The notes under the pieces: model-generated
Told to the model about the DNA's origin: nothing
The model's database searches: none
What the model saw: the letters and a program-made list of their open reading frames with translations, nothing else
Shown: positions 17,875-27,718 of the stretch, in pieces
How positions within the stretch are numbered: position 1 is the stretch's first letter
How the letters are laid out: the number at the start of each line of letters is the position of its first letter
Assembly: GCA_020440825.1 (NCBI GenBank)
Contig: JAGRNJ010000011.1
Span: forward strand, 23,660 to 73,239
Source: Leptospiraceae bacterium
GTDB lineage: Bacteria; Spirochaetota; Leptospiria; Turneriellales; Turneriellaceae
Direction of reading: 5' to 3'
DNA length: 49,580 nucleotides
Program-made: the position numbers and the translations under genes

Positions 17875-18642
17875 ATGCGAAATATTTTACTGCTATTGTT
17901 CATCAGTTTCTCGATTATTCATTGTTCATCTACAGGCCAGAGATCAGAATCTAGCCGGCCATCGATTGAACCGAATACAGTCGAAAGTGCCAGAATAGCC
18001 TCGTCAGAAGGTGCCGGGTCAGATTTTGCTGACGAGGCTCCTATCGAACGAAAAATAATTTATACTGCAGATGTACGTTTTCAGGCACGGGAAAAAGAAC
18101 TCGAAGCTACCCGAGAGATGTTGCTTAAGCTCACAAAAGAATTCTCTGGCTATATGCTGAGTTCAGCTGAAAACAGAATAGAAGTTCGGGTACCTTCTGA
18201 CAGTTTGCAGAACTACCTTGAAGCAATAAAGTCCGTTACTGATAATTTCTATTCAAGCATGAACGCCAGTGATGTCACCGATTCTTTTTACGATACAGAA
18301 ATTCGGCTCACGAATGCGCGTAAAATGCGGGAAAGACTTCTCGATCTTTTGAAATCAGCAAAAAATGTACAGGAAACTCTTGCGGTCGAACAGCAGCTGG
18401 CCAGAGTTTCTGAATCAATAGAATTATATGAAGGCCGCTTAAAAAGACTGAAAACTGAAATCTCCATGTCGAAAGTCAATATTACCTTCTATAAAAAATA
18501 TGAACCGGCTAAAGAAACAGAATACGAGCCAGGAATTCTGGGCTACCCCTTTTACTATGCATGGAAAGGAATTGAATATGTCGGTGAGGGTATTGTCTGG
18601 CTGTTCGTGAGAGAGAAGGAAGTCGACACACAGGCAAAATAA
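17875..18642 (+). CDS. Hypothetical lipoprotein with a coiled-coil region, possibly DUF4349-like
   Basis: The signal plus Cys reads MRNILLLLFISFSIIHC. There is a central coiled-coil segment (LKLTKEF...RLKRLKTEIS) and a hydrophobic C-terminus. Confidence 0.4.
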   Translation: MRNILLLLFISFSIIHCSSTGQRSESSRPSIEPNTVESARIASSEGAGSDFADEAPIERKIIYTADVRFQAREKELEATREMLLKLTKEFSGYMLSSAENRIEVRVPSDSLQNYLEAIKSVTDNFYSSMNASDVTDSFYDTEIRLTNARKMRERLLDLLKSAKNVQETLAVEQQLARVSESIELYEGRLKRLKTEISMSKVNITFYKKYEPAKETEYEPGILGYPFYYAWKGIEYVGEGIVWLFVREKEVDTQAK

Positions 18643-18692
18643 AAAGAAAAAGAAGTTTTCAAAACTGCACTGAATAAGATGAACGTTATTCA

Positions 18693-20498
18693 GTGAAAAA
18701 GATTCTACGCCATATAAAAACCGGGCCGGTTTCAGAATATGTAAAGGAACAACTTCTCAAAGATTTTCTGACATTCATAAGACCGGCAATGCCGTCTGTA
18801 CTGATACTGGAGTTTATTTATTTGTATCTGGTGATGACAGAGACAGACGGGCGAAATGCAGGTCTCTGGTTTTCAGCAATGTTCGGTTCTATTTCAATCG
18901 CCATGATTTTTGGCCTCTTTATCAACAAAATATCAATCAAACGCAAATACAAAGAAATAATTTTACTGATTTTACTGATCTTTACCTTCGGCAGCTTTGG
19001 TCTCAGTCTGCCCTATTATTATCCGCTCTTACCTTTTGGGTATGTGAATCTGCTCGTCATTTTGATTGCCGGCATTATTGGTGGGCTTTCTTCAATTGCT
19101 TCACCCCAGCGTACAATTTATCTGGTATCGGCTTTTGCAATTTCCCTGCCCGAGACAATCTATTTTGCCATGCAGGAAGACTTTACCCGACAGTTGCTCG
19201 CGGTACTCATTCCGTTTTACATCGCAACCATGTTCATTTTTGTCATGCTCGATCATGTTCGCCGGGTGCGTTTTATTGAAACCAACCGCAATCTGGATAT
19301 TGCCCACCGTGAACTGGCAGAAAATCACGACCGTCTTAAACAGATGAAAAAGAAACAGGACGGCGATTATTTTCTGACTTCCTTGTTAATCGAACCGCTG
19401 GGCAGAAATAATTATAGGGGGGATGCCTGTGAGCTCAACTTTTTAATTCGCGATCATAAACGGTTCCGTTTTAATAAATGGCGAAAAGGCATCGGCGGAG
19501 ACCTGAATATCGCCGAGAATATTCAACTGGGTAATAAGCAGTATGCATTTTTTCTGAACGCTGATGCAATGGGAAAGTCTATCCAGGGGGCGGGTGGTGC
19601 CCTGGTACTCGGGGCTGTTATGCAATCGATCTTGATGCGCATACAGGCCAGAAAACCGCAAATCTTTCCCGAACATTTTCTGCAGGAAAGCATCGATGAG
19701 TTGCAGAGAGTTTTCAACCAGTTTCAGGGTTCTATGCTGATTTCCCTGATCATGGGTCTGATCGATGAAGAAACCGGTATACTTTATTATATAAATGCAG
19801 AACATCCATTTCTTGTATTGTTACGCGATAAAAAATCTGAATTTCTCGAAAACAGCATCGGTATGCACAAAATAGGGGTAATCACCGAATTCAATACAGT
19901 ACCGATTTTTGTGAGGTCATTAAGCCGCAATGATATAATTGTCGCCGGTTCTGACGGTCGTGATGATTTGATCACCGATTCAGACAAACGGGAAATTCAA
20001 AATGATGAAGCCCGTTTTCTCGAAATCATTGAGAAATATGGCGACCGGTCAATGCGTAAAATTTATTCTGCGCTGCGCCAGTATGGCCGCCTGTCAGATG
20101 ACCTGAGCCTTATCAAAGTGAAATACAAGAACGACCCTGAGCCATTGCGAGAGAACTTACTGCAATTGAAAAAAGAATTCGCGCAGGCAAAAAAGAATCA
20201 TGATTTCGCCGCCCTTGCAGACAAGGCAGCGCGCATTGCAGATATTTCTGTTGCCGATGCTTCTTATTTGCGTAAAGCAGCGGCTGCACACTGGCAATCG
20301 GGCAATACCGAACTTGCGCTCAGTTTCGCATATCGCTATTACCGTCGATTCCCTTTTGAAGGGAAGGCAATTTCATTATTGGCGACAATGTATGCAAGGC
20401 TCAGGCAAGAACAGCTTCGTGATCGATTTGTTAGTCTCGGTCTCAAAATTGCTCCGGAACATCGAGACTGGCACAAAATCGGCTTGCCTGTCGAATAG
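18693..20498 (+). CDS. Membrane-anchored PP2C/SpoIIE-family serine phosphatase (RsbU-like) with a C-terminal TPR-like tail
   Basis: The N-terminus has ~5 TM helices. The central region carries SpoIIE-like motifs (DGDYFL..., FFLNADAMGKSIQGAGGALVLGAV, IIVAGSDGRDD). The C-terminus is helical and repeat-like. The domain call is by motif only. Confidence 0.5.
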   Translation: MKKILRHIKTGPVSEYVKEQLLKDFLTFIRPAMPSVLILEFIYLYLVMTETDGRNAGLWFSAMFGSISIAMIFGLFINKISIKRKYKEIILLILLIFTFGSFGLSLPYYYPLLPFGYVNLLVILIAGIIGGLSSIASPQRTIYLVSAFAISLPETIYFAMQEDFTRQLLAVLIPFYIATMFIFVMLDHVRRVRFIETNRNLDIAHRELAENHDRLKQMKKKQDGDYFLTSLLIEPLGRNNYRGDACELNFLIRDHKRFRFNKWRKGIGGDLNIAENIQLGNKQYAFFLNADAMGKSIQGAGGALVLGAVMQSILMRIQARKPQIFPEHFLQESIDELQRVFNQFQGSMLISLIMGLIDEETGILYYINAEHPFLVLLRDKKSEFLENSIGMHKIGVITEFNTVPIFVRSLSRNDIIVAGSDGRDDLITDSDKREIQNDEARFLEIIEKYGDRSMRKIYSALRQYGRLSDDLSLIKVKYKNDPEPLRENLLQLKKEFAQAKKNHDFAALADKAARIADISVADASYLRKAAAAHWQSGNTELALSFAYRYYRRFPFEGKAISLLATMYARLRQEQLRDRFVSLGLKIAPEHRDWHKIGLPVE

Positions 20499-20600
20499 TT
20501 ATTATGTTTTTTTAGTGCGGTTGTGCACACCGGCACTTAAAAAGTTCATCAACAGACGTTGCCAGAGGTCGCCTAAAAAATTGATTTCTAGCCGTGAAAC

Positions 20601-21242
20601 TTATTGATAAGGGACCGGTATCTGAAAATTGACTTTGCCGGTCGGGTATTGACTGTTAGTGACGCTAATATCAATGAGAAAATTTTTATCATCTTGAACA
20701 AATTTTGCACCGGGATACAGAGAAACCTGTGAATTAAAGTACTTTTTATAAGGTTCAGGAATCAACACCAACCACCGGTCTCTCAGGTATCCTTGCACAG
20801 AACATACAGAAAGAATCTGAACAAAGGGTTGGCCGGTATTTACAGTGGCGTTATAGGTAAATCTTGAATTAAAATAATACAAAAAAAGGATAGTATTTGG
20901 CATTGCTTCATGATATGTACCTGGAAATCTCTGCTCGAGTATAACAGGTTCTACTTCGAGCGGTAATGACCAGCGCAAACCACCATTCAAATCAAGGCAA
21001 TGTACTGCATGTTCATGCAGGGTTGCCCCGCGAGAATGCTCCATACAGGAAAAGAGTAAAAGATATCTCTCTTCAACTATAGTCAATGGTCCCACCATTG
21101 GGAAATGACTCTGTAGAGTTTCTTGAGAAAATGGTACCTCAAACTGCCAGGGCACGGCGCCTGCACGGCGCAGAACTGTTTTTGAAATTTTCAAATTATA
21201 TTGTTTTGAAAGAGCTTCATTTGGCCCGAACATCTGCAGCAT
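20601..21242 (-). CDS. Hypothetical protein
   Basis: The 213-aa ORF has no recognisable motifs. Confidence 0.35.
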   Translation of the reverse strand: MLQMFGPNEALSKQYNLKISKTVLRRAGAVPWQFEVPFSQETLQSHFPMVGPLTIVEERYLLLFSCMEHSRGATLHEHAVHCLDLNGGLRWSLPLEVEPVILEQRFPGTYHEAMPNTILFLYYFNSRFTYNATVNTGQPFVQILSVCSVQGYLRDRWLVLIPEPYKKYFNSQVSLYPGAKFVQDDKNFLIDISVTNSQYPTGKVNFQIPVPYQ

Positions 21243-21355
21243 ATCGTTTAATATTCATATCGGGTTAAATTACTGCAACAAGATTTTTTTCATTAAAATG
21301 TGCTGTACTACACCCTCTATTTTTATGACTTGTCGATCGTGATTTTTAATTTTTT

Positions 21356-22561
21356 ATGAGTCGAATGCATCCGCTGAATTATTCTAAAACCTCTTCTTAT
21401 ATTGCGCAGTTTACTGCCTGCCGTCGAGTTGCAGTCTGTTTGCTGTTCCTGTCACCTTTTGTCACTGTTTTTTCCCAGAGCAAAAACAGGTTTTACTGGT
21501 TCACACCAGAGAATGAAAAGCCGGTTGAAATTCTGATTCAGGAATATAATGATAATCATAAAGAGTTACAGAAAGTTTCACAAAATAAAGACTTCGAATC
21601 TGCAGAAGGCACGACTTTGGTTTCGGTACCGGTTCAGTGGACCAGTGACCCGATTGCAACTTCTTACCGGGTTATCATCACCGACCAGGCCGGAAATATT
21701 GTACAAAACTTTACTTCAGTTGAAAACTTTGCTCGCTTGAAGCTTGCCAAAGGAAAGTATTCCATGAAAGTTGCAGGGATATCTGAAGCTGGTCTGGAAG
21801 GCGAATTTTCTGACCCGGTGCCGGTGAATGCCGACAAGATTATCGCCAGGGTTGATGAATTGAAAAAAGAAAATTCAATGCTGCTTGAAAGAGAAAAGCG
21901 ATACCTCTCGGCCATTGAAGAACTCTCTTTTCAAGTCACCGACGGTTCAAGTCTGCCTGTACACAATCATCCCAGTCTCACTCGCTACAGTTATAATGAA
22001 GATCAATTTTCTGATAAACAGGTCTTTCCCAATTCAAAATATAAGCCTGTAAGTTCATCGAGTCAAGATGCCTCTGGCAAAAAACTGCCAGATTTACGGC
22101 TGGGTCTGCTACCGTTCTTTTCACTGCGAGACTCGGCGATTGATAAATACGATCATGGGTTTGGCGCTGCAATCAATATGACTTTTGCATCTGTATTTTT
22201 TCAATGGCTGAATCTCTACAGTGAAATTGCATTTTCATACTACGCCGGGAACACTGCACCTTTCGAATCGTTAACCCAGAACCGATTTCATTTTGGTGCT
22301 GCTTACGTCTATCGTCCATATCCCAAAATCCCTCTCGATCTCGAAGCCGGCCTGGGTGCAGGGTTCATCTACATCGGTTTTTTGAACTCCATTCGCAGCA
22401 CCAATTCCGCAGGTTCCTTTCTGCAGTTTACTCCGCAGGCTGTTTACTCTATTTTTAAGAACCTGAAGGCCAGTGCCGGTATTGGCGTACTCTATCTGTT
22501 TGACAACAGCCAGAATTTATTATTCCTGGAACCGAGACTGGGCATACATTACACATTCTAA
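21356..22561 (+). CDS. Outer-membrane protein with an N-terminal FN3-like domain, a coiled coil and a C-terminal beta-barrel
   Basis: A signal peptide is present. The C-terminal ~200 aa are Gly/aromatic-rich with alternating hydrophobics and end in the terminal sequence YTF, typical of OMP barrels. It is the first gene of an operon with the cyclase. Confidence 0.5.
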   Translation: MSRMHPLNYSKTSSYIAQFTACRRVAVCLLFLSPFVTVFSQSKNRFYWFTPENEKPVEILIQEYNDNHKELQKVSQNKDFESAEGTTLVSVPVQWTSDPIATSYRVIITDQAGNIVQNFTSVENFARLKLAKGKYSMKVAGISEAGLEGEFSDPVPVNADKIIARVDELKKENSMLLEREKRYLSAIEELSFQVTDGSSLPVHNHPSLTRYSYNEDQFSDKQVFPNSKYKPVSSSSQDASGKKLPDLRLGLLPFFSLRDSAIDKYDHGFGAAINMTFASVFFQWLNLYSEIAFSYYAGNTAPFESLTQNRFHFGAAYVYRPYPKIPLDLEAGLGAGFIYIGFLNSIRSTNSAGSFLQFTPQAVYSIFKNLKASAGIGVLYLFDNSQNLLFLEPRLGIHYTF

Positions 22562-22567
22562 AATACT

Positions 22568-24427
22568 ATGGAACAAGAAAATACATCCGCCTTTCACCGC
22601 TCAATATCACTGAATACAAAACTGATTGTTATTACGACAATCATTCTGCTGGCCAGTCTGGGCATCATTACCTGGAATTCACTTTCAGTGTTTACCAGTC
22701 GAACAGAACAGCTCGTACAGGGACTCACCCAGAATAATGCAAAATCAATCGCTGCTCGAATCGAAGCCAAATTTGATGGAGTAGTGAATTTTCTATTGCT
22801 GATTGATACTCTAAAAAAGACTGAGGCTGCCAAAGGAATCAGTTCGAATCGGGATGTACTGTTTGCAGGGGCATATACCCGGGGAGAGAAACCCGGTACC
22901 CTGAACGCTATTTACACAATCAGTTCTGAAGTCTCTTTAAAAGAAGCCAAACTCAATACACGACAAATCGAAAATGCACTGAAGGGCTATCATCCCTACT
23001 TTCTACGTTCTTTTGTGAACCAGATCTATGTTCAAAATCTTTCGAAAGAATTAAAACTGCCTGTCATTGCAATTGCCATACCCGTTACCCGCAACGGCAA
23101 TACTGCATCTCATGTGATCTTAGCGGCTGTCAAAATTGACTCGATAGACCGGGCATTTGCTGAAGAAGATATTACTACTTCTTGGCTAATGAACGCAGAG
23201 GGCGAAGTCATAGCCCACCGGGACCCGCAGAAAACCCTGCAGGCGGTTTCACTTGCAGAATCACCTTATCAGAAAATTATCTCTGAAATGAAAACTACCT
23301 CTGGTTTTCGGCACATTAAAGAAGATTTCAACAAAGAGTATGTGAATGAATTTTTTGCCTTTCGCATTCTCAATAAATTTAATGTAACTCTGGGAACGAT
23401 GATTCCCGAAGAGATCGCACTGGAAACTGTCTTTATTATTCGCTATCGCTCATTGTTGATTGCAGGCATTGTTTTGCTGGTAGCGATTCTGGCTGTTTTT
23501 TTCTTTGCAAAAACAATTTCCGGGCCGGTGAATCTATTGGCCAAAGCTGCTGCATCAATACGTGCCGGTGACTTCAATGTGAGAGTAACCCCAAAAACCA
23601 GAGATGAAATTGGTGAACTGTCAGATTCTTTCAACAGTATGGCACAGGGTCTGGCCGAGCGGGAACAGCTCAAAGGCGCACTGACTAAATTTGTGAATCC
23701 TGAAATTGCCGAACGCGCAATGCGCGGCGAAATTTCATTGGGCGGGGAGCGCCTGAATGCTGCAGTTTTCTTCTCTGATATAAGATCTTTTACAGCAATA
23801 AGCGAGACCATGCAACCCGAACAGGTGGTTGAATTTTTAAATGAGTATATGAGCCTCATGGTCAAAATTATCAATGAAACCGACGGAGTCGTCGACAAAT
23901 TTATTGGCGATGCCATCATGGCTGTCTGGGGCGTTCCGAAATCGAAAGGCAATGATGTCAAGAATGCTGTCAACGCATGCCTGCGAATGCGAGAATCATT
24001 AGCAGAATTCAATAAAAATCGCGGCACAAAAGACAAACCGGTTATAAAAATAGGCTGTGGTCTCAATTATGGCCCGGTACTTGCAGGCCAGATCGGGTCT
24101 GATGACCGGCTGGAGTATACCGTAATCGGTGACACTGTAAATCTTGCCTCGCGGGTTGAAACCCTGAATAAACCATTAGGCACAGATATCTTGATTTCAA
24201 GTGAAGTCTATACTGAGGTCAAGAATGATTTTGATTGTGTGCCCATGCAGAAAATAAAAGTCAAGGGAAAAAGCAAACCCCAGCAGGTGTACTGTGTTCT
24301 TCGACGCAAAGGTGATGCAAAAGGCCCCAAAAACCTGGCTGAGCTTCGCAAGCGTGCACAAATAGATTTCGATACTAAGAAAAAGGTAGATATCAACAAA
24401 GAAGAAGAAAAATATGAACTTCTCTAA
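22568..24427 (+). CDS. Membrane-bound class III adenylate/guanylate cyclase with a periplasmic sensor, HAMP domain and cyclase catalytic domain
   Basis: The N-terminal TM is followed by a ~250-aa periplasmic domain, a second TM (LLIAGIVLLVAILAVFFFA) and a HAMP domain. The cyclase catalytic motifs FFSDIRSFTAISE and FIGDAIMAVWG are present. Confidence 0.85.
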   Translation: MEQENTSAFHRSISLNTKLIVITTIILLASLGIITWNSLSVFTSRTEQLVQGLTQNNAKSIAARIEAKFDGVVNFLLLIDTLKKTEAAKGISSNRDVLFAGAYTRGEKPGTLNAIYTISSEVSLKEAKLNTRQIENALKGYHPYFLRSFVNQIYVQNLSKELKLPVIAIAIPVTRNGNTASHVILAAVKIDSIDRAFAEEDITTSWLMNAEGEVIAHRDPQKTLQAVSLAESPYQKIISEMKTTSGFRHIKEDFNKEYVNEFFAFRILNKFNVTLGTMIPEEIALETVFIIRYRSLLIAGIVLLVAILAVFFFAKTISGPVNLLAKAAASIRAGDFNVRVTPKTRDEIGELSDSFNSMAQGLAEREQLKGALTKFVNPEIAERAMRGEISLGGERLNAAVFFSDIRSFTAISETMQPEQVVEFLNEYMSLMVKIINETDGVVDKFIGDAIMAVWGVPKSKGNDVKNAVNACLRMRESLAEFNKNRGTKDKPVIKIGCGLNYGPVLAGQIGSDDRLEYTVIGDTVNLASRVETLNKPLGTDILISSEVYTEVKNDFDCVPMQKIKVKGKSKPQQVYCVLRRKGDAKGPKNLAELRKRAQIDFDTKKKVDINKEEEKYELL

Positions 24428-26516
24428 ATTTGAGAAACTGTTTCTGGCCGGCCTGCTGCTCGGTATTTTTGTACTAACTACTTTACTCATTACTGATCGA
24501 AACAGTGAAAATACCCCTCTGGTAGAACCAATCGGTAAAGTTCGTTACCGTAACCATATCGCTGTTCGAAAGTATCCCGGCAGACTGGTCTGGTTTGATC
24601 TGAAAAAAGAAGATGACCTGTACCCTAATGATACCATACAAACCGGAGAATTATCTGATGCTGAGCTGGTCTTGCCTGACAACCTGATTCTGGGTCTCGA
24701 AGCCCGCTCTCTCGTTCAACTGGAGTTTAAAGATGGCAAGCTGGTACTGCGCCTGGACGGCGGAGGGCTGCAAATTGCCCAGGGAGGCAGCTCTTCAGCT
24801 GAAATAAAAACAGCAAACGGACAATCCATTTTTCTGGAAAATGCCAATGCTGCAATTCGAACTGATGCCGACAGCAATGAGACCTTGGTCAACCTGAATT
24901 CAGGCGAAGGACGAATTCAAACCGGCACGGCAGAAGCAACTCTTGAAAATGGCAGTCTTGCCAGAATGGGTTCTCAGGAAAATAACTCTATTCAAATTAT
25001 AAAAAAAGAAGATCAGATAAAACTGATTTCACCCGCAGATAACCAAATGCTGCCTGCTCCGACCGGGAAAACAAGATCTGTAGAATTTATCGCCGAAAAA
25101 CTAGAGAAAGATCTCATCACTACCTATTCACTGGAAATCGCAGACAACTCTTCCATGCAGAATTCCCGTACTTATCGAATGAAAAACAGAAAGCTGAATC
25201 TGACACTTGCTGCGAGAGACTGGTACTGGCGGGTTAAAGTCAACGGAAAAGACAGCTACTCTGCCACACGCTATCTAAAGATTCGAGAATTCAAACCGAT
25301 ACGTCTGATCTATCCGCCGGATGATTTTATTCTAATCAACAACGAACCCGGGGAACGTCTTGTAGAAGAAATGACGCTGCAATGGAAAACCGATGAAAAC
25401 TACTCATCTTCACGTGTGATTTTGTATCCGCCTGACAAATTGAAACCCGTTCATTATTCTACAACCCGGCAAAACAGCCAACTGGTTCGTATGACTTTTC
25501 CCGGAGCCTACCGCTGGGTAGTCGAAAACCTTGATTACCAGAATCAGGTAATCGATACGGCAGAAGGTTATTTCAGAATTGAGAAGAATAATCGGCAACC
25601 ACCGAACATTCTCAATCGGGAAAACAAGATCCCTTATATTACTTTATTACGTGGATATTCCCTGGATTTTTCAAATGATCAATATAAAAGCTATCGAATC
25701 ATCTGGACTAAGCCAAATGGAGCAACACAAGATATTTTTACCAATACCGGCAGCTATAGAATTCCCGAAAATACTGATCCTGGTAAACACTCTTTTCAGA
25801 TTCGCGGGAAACTGAATGAATTACAGGAATCCCAACCCGGAAAGATTTATTCACTGACCATTGAGCCCCCTCCGACACTCAACTGGAAAGTACCTCAAAC
25901 AATCACTCTGCAGGAAGAACAGAATACCATTCAAATTGAATCAGGTAAAATTCCGAACGATTATCAAAAAGAACTGTCGATCATCAATTCTGCATCTTCC
26001 GTTCGCCTTAAAAAAGTTTTCAAAGGTGGTGAAGATATATCATTCAAAGCCAGATTGCATGGCAGTTATACATTCATTTTGAAATTGGTTGCTGAAAAGA
26101 AAGTAATTCAACAGTTAAGTGAGAAAACAAGTGTTAATTTTTCTGTAACACCGGTAAAAAGTATTCCGACCATCCCAAAAGACTGGAATGCGTTTGAAAA
26201 TTCATATATCTGGTTACGCTGGCCATTGCCCCCGCACACCCGGTTCTATCGTTCAAAAGTTCTATTTAGTGTACAATCTGAAGCCAGTCCTCTTCAAAAA
26301 ACAATCGATCGCCAGGTATTGAAAATGTCACGTATGAAGCTGACGAATGAAAAGATTGACCGCTCAGGTACATTGGGGATAAACTTGATTCGGGTTGCAA
26401 TTGTTGACGGGCAAGATCTTGAAAGTGAACCTTCTGAATTCTCACTGCAGGTTAATTACCCGCAACGACCGCAAAAGCCGGTAATCTTACCCGGAAAAGT
26501 CGAAATTGAACGATAA
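24414..26516 (+). CDS. FecR-domain membrane protein with repeated FN3/Ig-like beta domains
   Basis: The N-terminal TM (LFLAGLLLGIFVLTTLL) is followed by a FecR-like segment (VRYRNHIAVRKYPGRLVWFDL...DGKLVLRLDGGG) and then ~500 aa of beta-sandwich-like repeats (WYWRV, YRWVV). It overlaps the cyclase gene by 14 nt. Confidence 0.5.
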   Translation: MNFSKFEKLFLAGLLLGIFVLTTLLITDRNSENTPLVEPIGKVRYRNHIAVRKYPGRLVWFDLKKEDDLYPNDTIQTGELSDAELVLPDNLILGLEARSLVQLEFKDGKLVLRLDGGGLQIAQGGSSSAEIKTANGQSIFLENANAAIRTDADSNETLVNLNSGEGRIQTGTAEATLENGSLARMGSQENNSIQIIKKEDQIKLISPADNQMLPAPTGKTRSVEFIAEKLEKDLITTYSLEIADNSSMQNSRTYRMKNRKLNLTLAARDWYWRVKVNGKDSYSATRYLKIREFKPIRLIYPPDDFILINNEPGERLVEEMTLQWKTDENYSSSRVILYPPDKLKPVHYSTTRQNSQLVRMTFPGAYRWVVENLDYQNQVIDTAEGYFRIEKNNRQPPNILNRENKIPYITLLRGYSLDFSNDQYKSYRIIWTKPNGATQDIFTNTGSYRIPENTDPGKHSFQIRGKLNELQESQPGKIYSLTIEPPPTLNWKVPQTITLQEEQNTIQIESGKIPNDYQKELSIINSASSVRLKKVFKGGEDISFKARLHGSYTFILKLVAEKKVIQQLSEKTSVNFSVTPVKSIPTIPKDWNAFENSYIWLRWPLPPHTRFYRSKVLFSVQSEASPLQKTIDRQVLKMSRMKLTNEKIDRSGTLGINLIRVAIVDGQDLESEPSEFSLQVNYPQRPQKPVILPGKVEIER

Positions 26517-26587
26517 CATTGAATTTGGTAAAGAGTACTTATTTATATCAAAATCTACCACCATTGAATATACATTTCACTTAAGCT

Positions 26588-27718
26588 TTAGAAACCATAT
26601 CCGACCAGGAACAGAATCTGGATTCCACCGGTATTTTCCCGGTTGTACAGAAAATTGGTCTGCCTTAAATCTAGACCTGTATCAATATTCTGTGTGATTC
26701 GATAGACTACCCGGGCAAACGGAGAAAATATCACCTCATTCACAGTGACAGTTTCACTCTGCAATTGGCGGTTGGTAGTAGAATCCAGCACAGTCAATGA
26801 ATCAGAAGAAAAGTCCAGACGATAGTTCGACATCTGGTAACCACTCGCGACCCCTCCCAGAATGTATAACCGATCAGAAATTAAATACTTGTAGGCAGCC
26901 ATCAGTTCACCGCCAAAAGATTGTAATGACACAGGAATAGTACCGCTTGCCACTTTAACAGGTACTGAAGTGGAGCCCGTATAATAGTGTCCGCTGACCC
27001 CCGCAACCAGCCAGGGAAAAAATACTTGGTGGCGCAGATATTCCAGTTGAAATTTGAAAGAAAGAGTAAACACAGCCGGTGAAAGACCAGAGCCTTGCTC
27101 CAGAGATTCAAAACTGTTTGAGGAAAATAGATTTATTAAAGCACCCGATCCCAGATTGATATGGTTCTGTTTAGGGCGGGCAAAAGCAGCCATGCCCGAA
27201 CGTTTCCAATCATCAAGATTGGGCAACACCTTATTCAGCGCCTCTGCTGATTCAATCGCTGCTTTATCTATGGCATCAAACATTTCCCCGGAGATTGGTA
27301 CATTCAAGGGAATCGAAACAACCAGTTCCTTTTTAGAAATACTGTACAGTAGAATATAACCCGATAACTCTGAGTTTCCGCGAGCTGAATTATTAATATT
27401 AAAAAAGCCGGCAAGAACCACATCCTGGTTGGTCAATAGCCCCAGATTCACAGCAGCAGTTTTCGTGTGCATATCTTTTTTAAAGATATAATTTTTCTCT
27501 GCAATCTTTTGCCATTTTTCTTTTTCAAGTTCTACAAAAGCTGCATTCTTCTGCAGCTCTTTACGAATGGCTTTTGTTATGGTCCCTTCCAGATAGTCAT
27601 AATCTGAGTTTCCCGAAACATTATTAATATCCAGAATAATCATGCGCACATAGCCCTGTGCACGGGATGTTACTGAAGTAACTAATGAAAATACAATAAA
27701 GAAAATTATTTTCTTCAC
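26588..27718 (-). CDS. Secreted or outer-membrane hypothetical protein
   Basis: A signal peptide is present and the C-terminal half is beta-rich ending in GYGF. It is the last gene of the giant-lipoprotein operon, overlapping its neighbour by 4 nt. Confidence 0.45.
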   Translation of the reverse strand: MKKIIFFIVFSLVTSVTSRAQGYVRMIILDINNVSGNSDYDYLEGTITKAIRKELQKNAAFVELEKEKWQKIAEKNYIFKKDMHTKTAAVNLGLLTNQDVVLAGFFNINNSARGNSELSGYILLYSISKKELVVSIPLNVPISGEMFDAIDKAAIESAEALNKVLPNLDDWKRSGMAAFARPKQNHINLGSGALINLFSSNSFESLEQGSGLSPAVFTLSFKFQLEYLRHQVFFPWLVAGVSGHYYTGSTSVPVKVASGTIPVSLQSFGGELMAAYKYLISDRLYILGGVASGYQMSNYRLDFSSDSLTVLDSTTNRQLQSETVTVNEVIFSPFARVVYRITQNIDTGLDLRQTNFLYNRENTGGIQILFLVGYGF

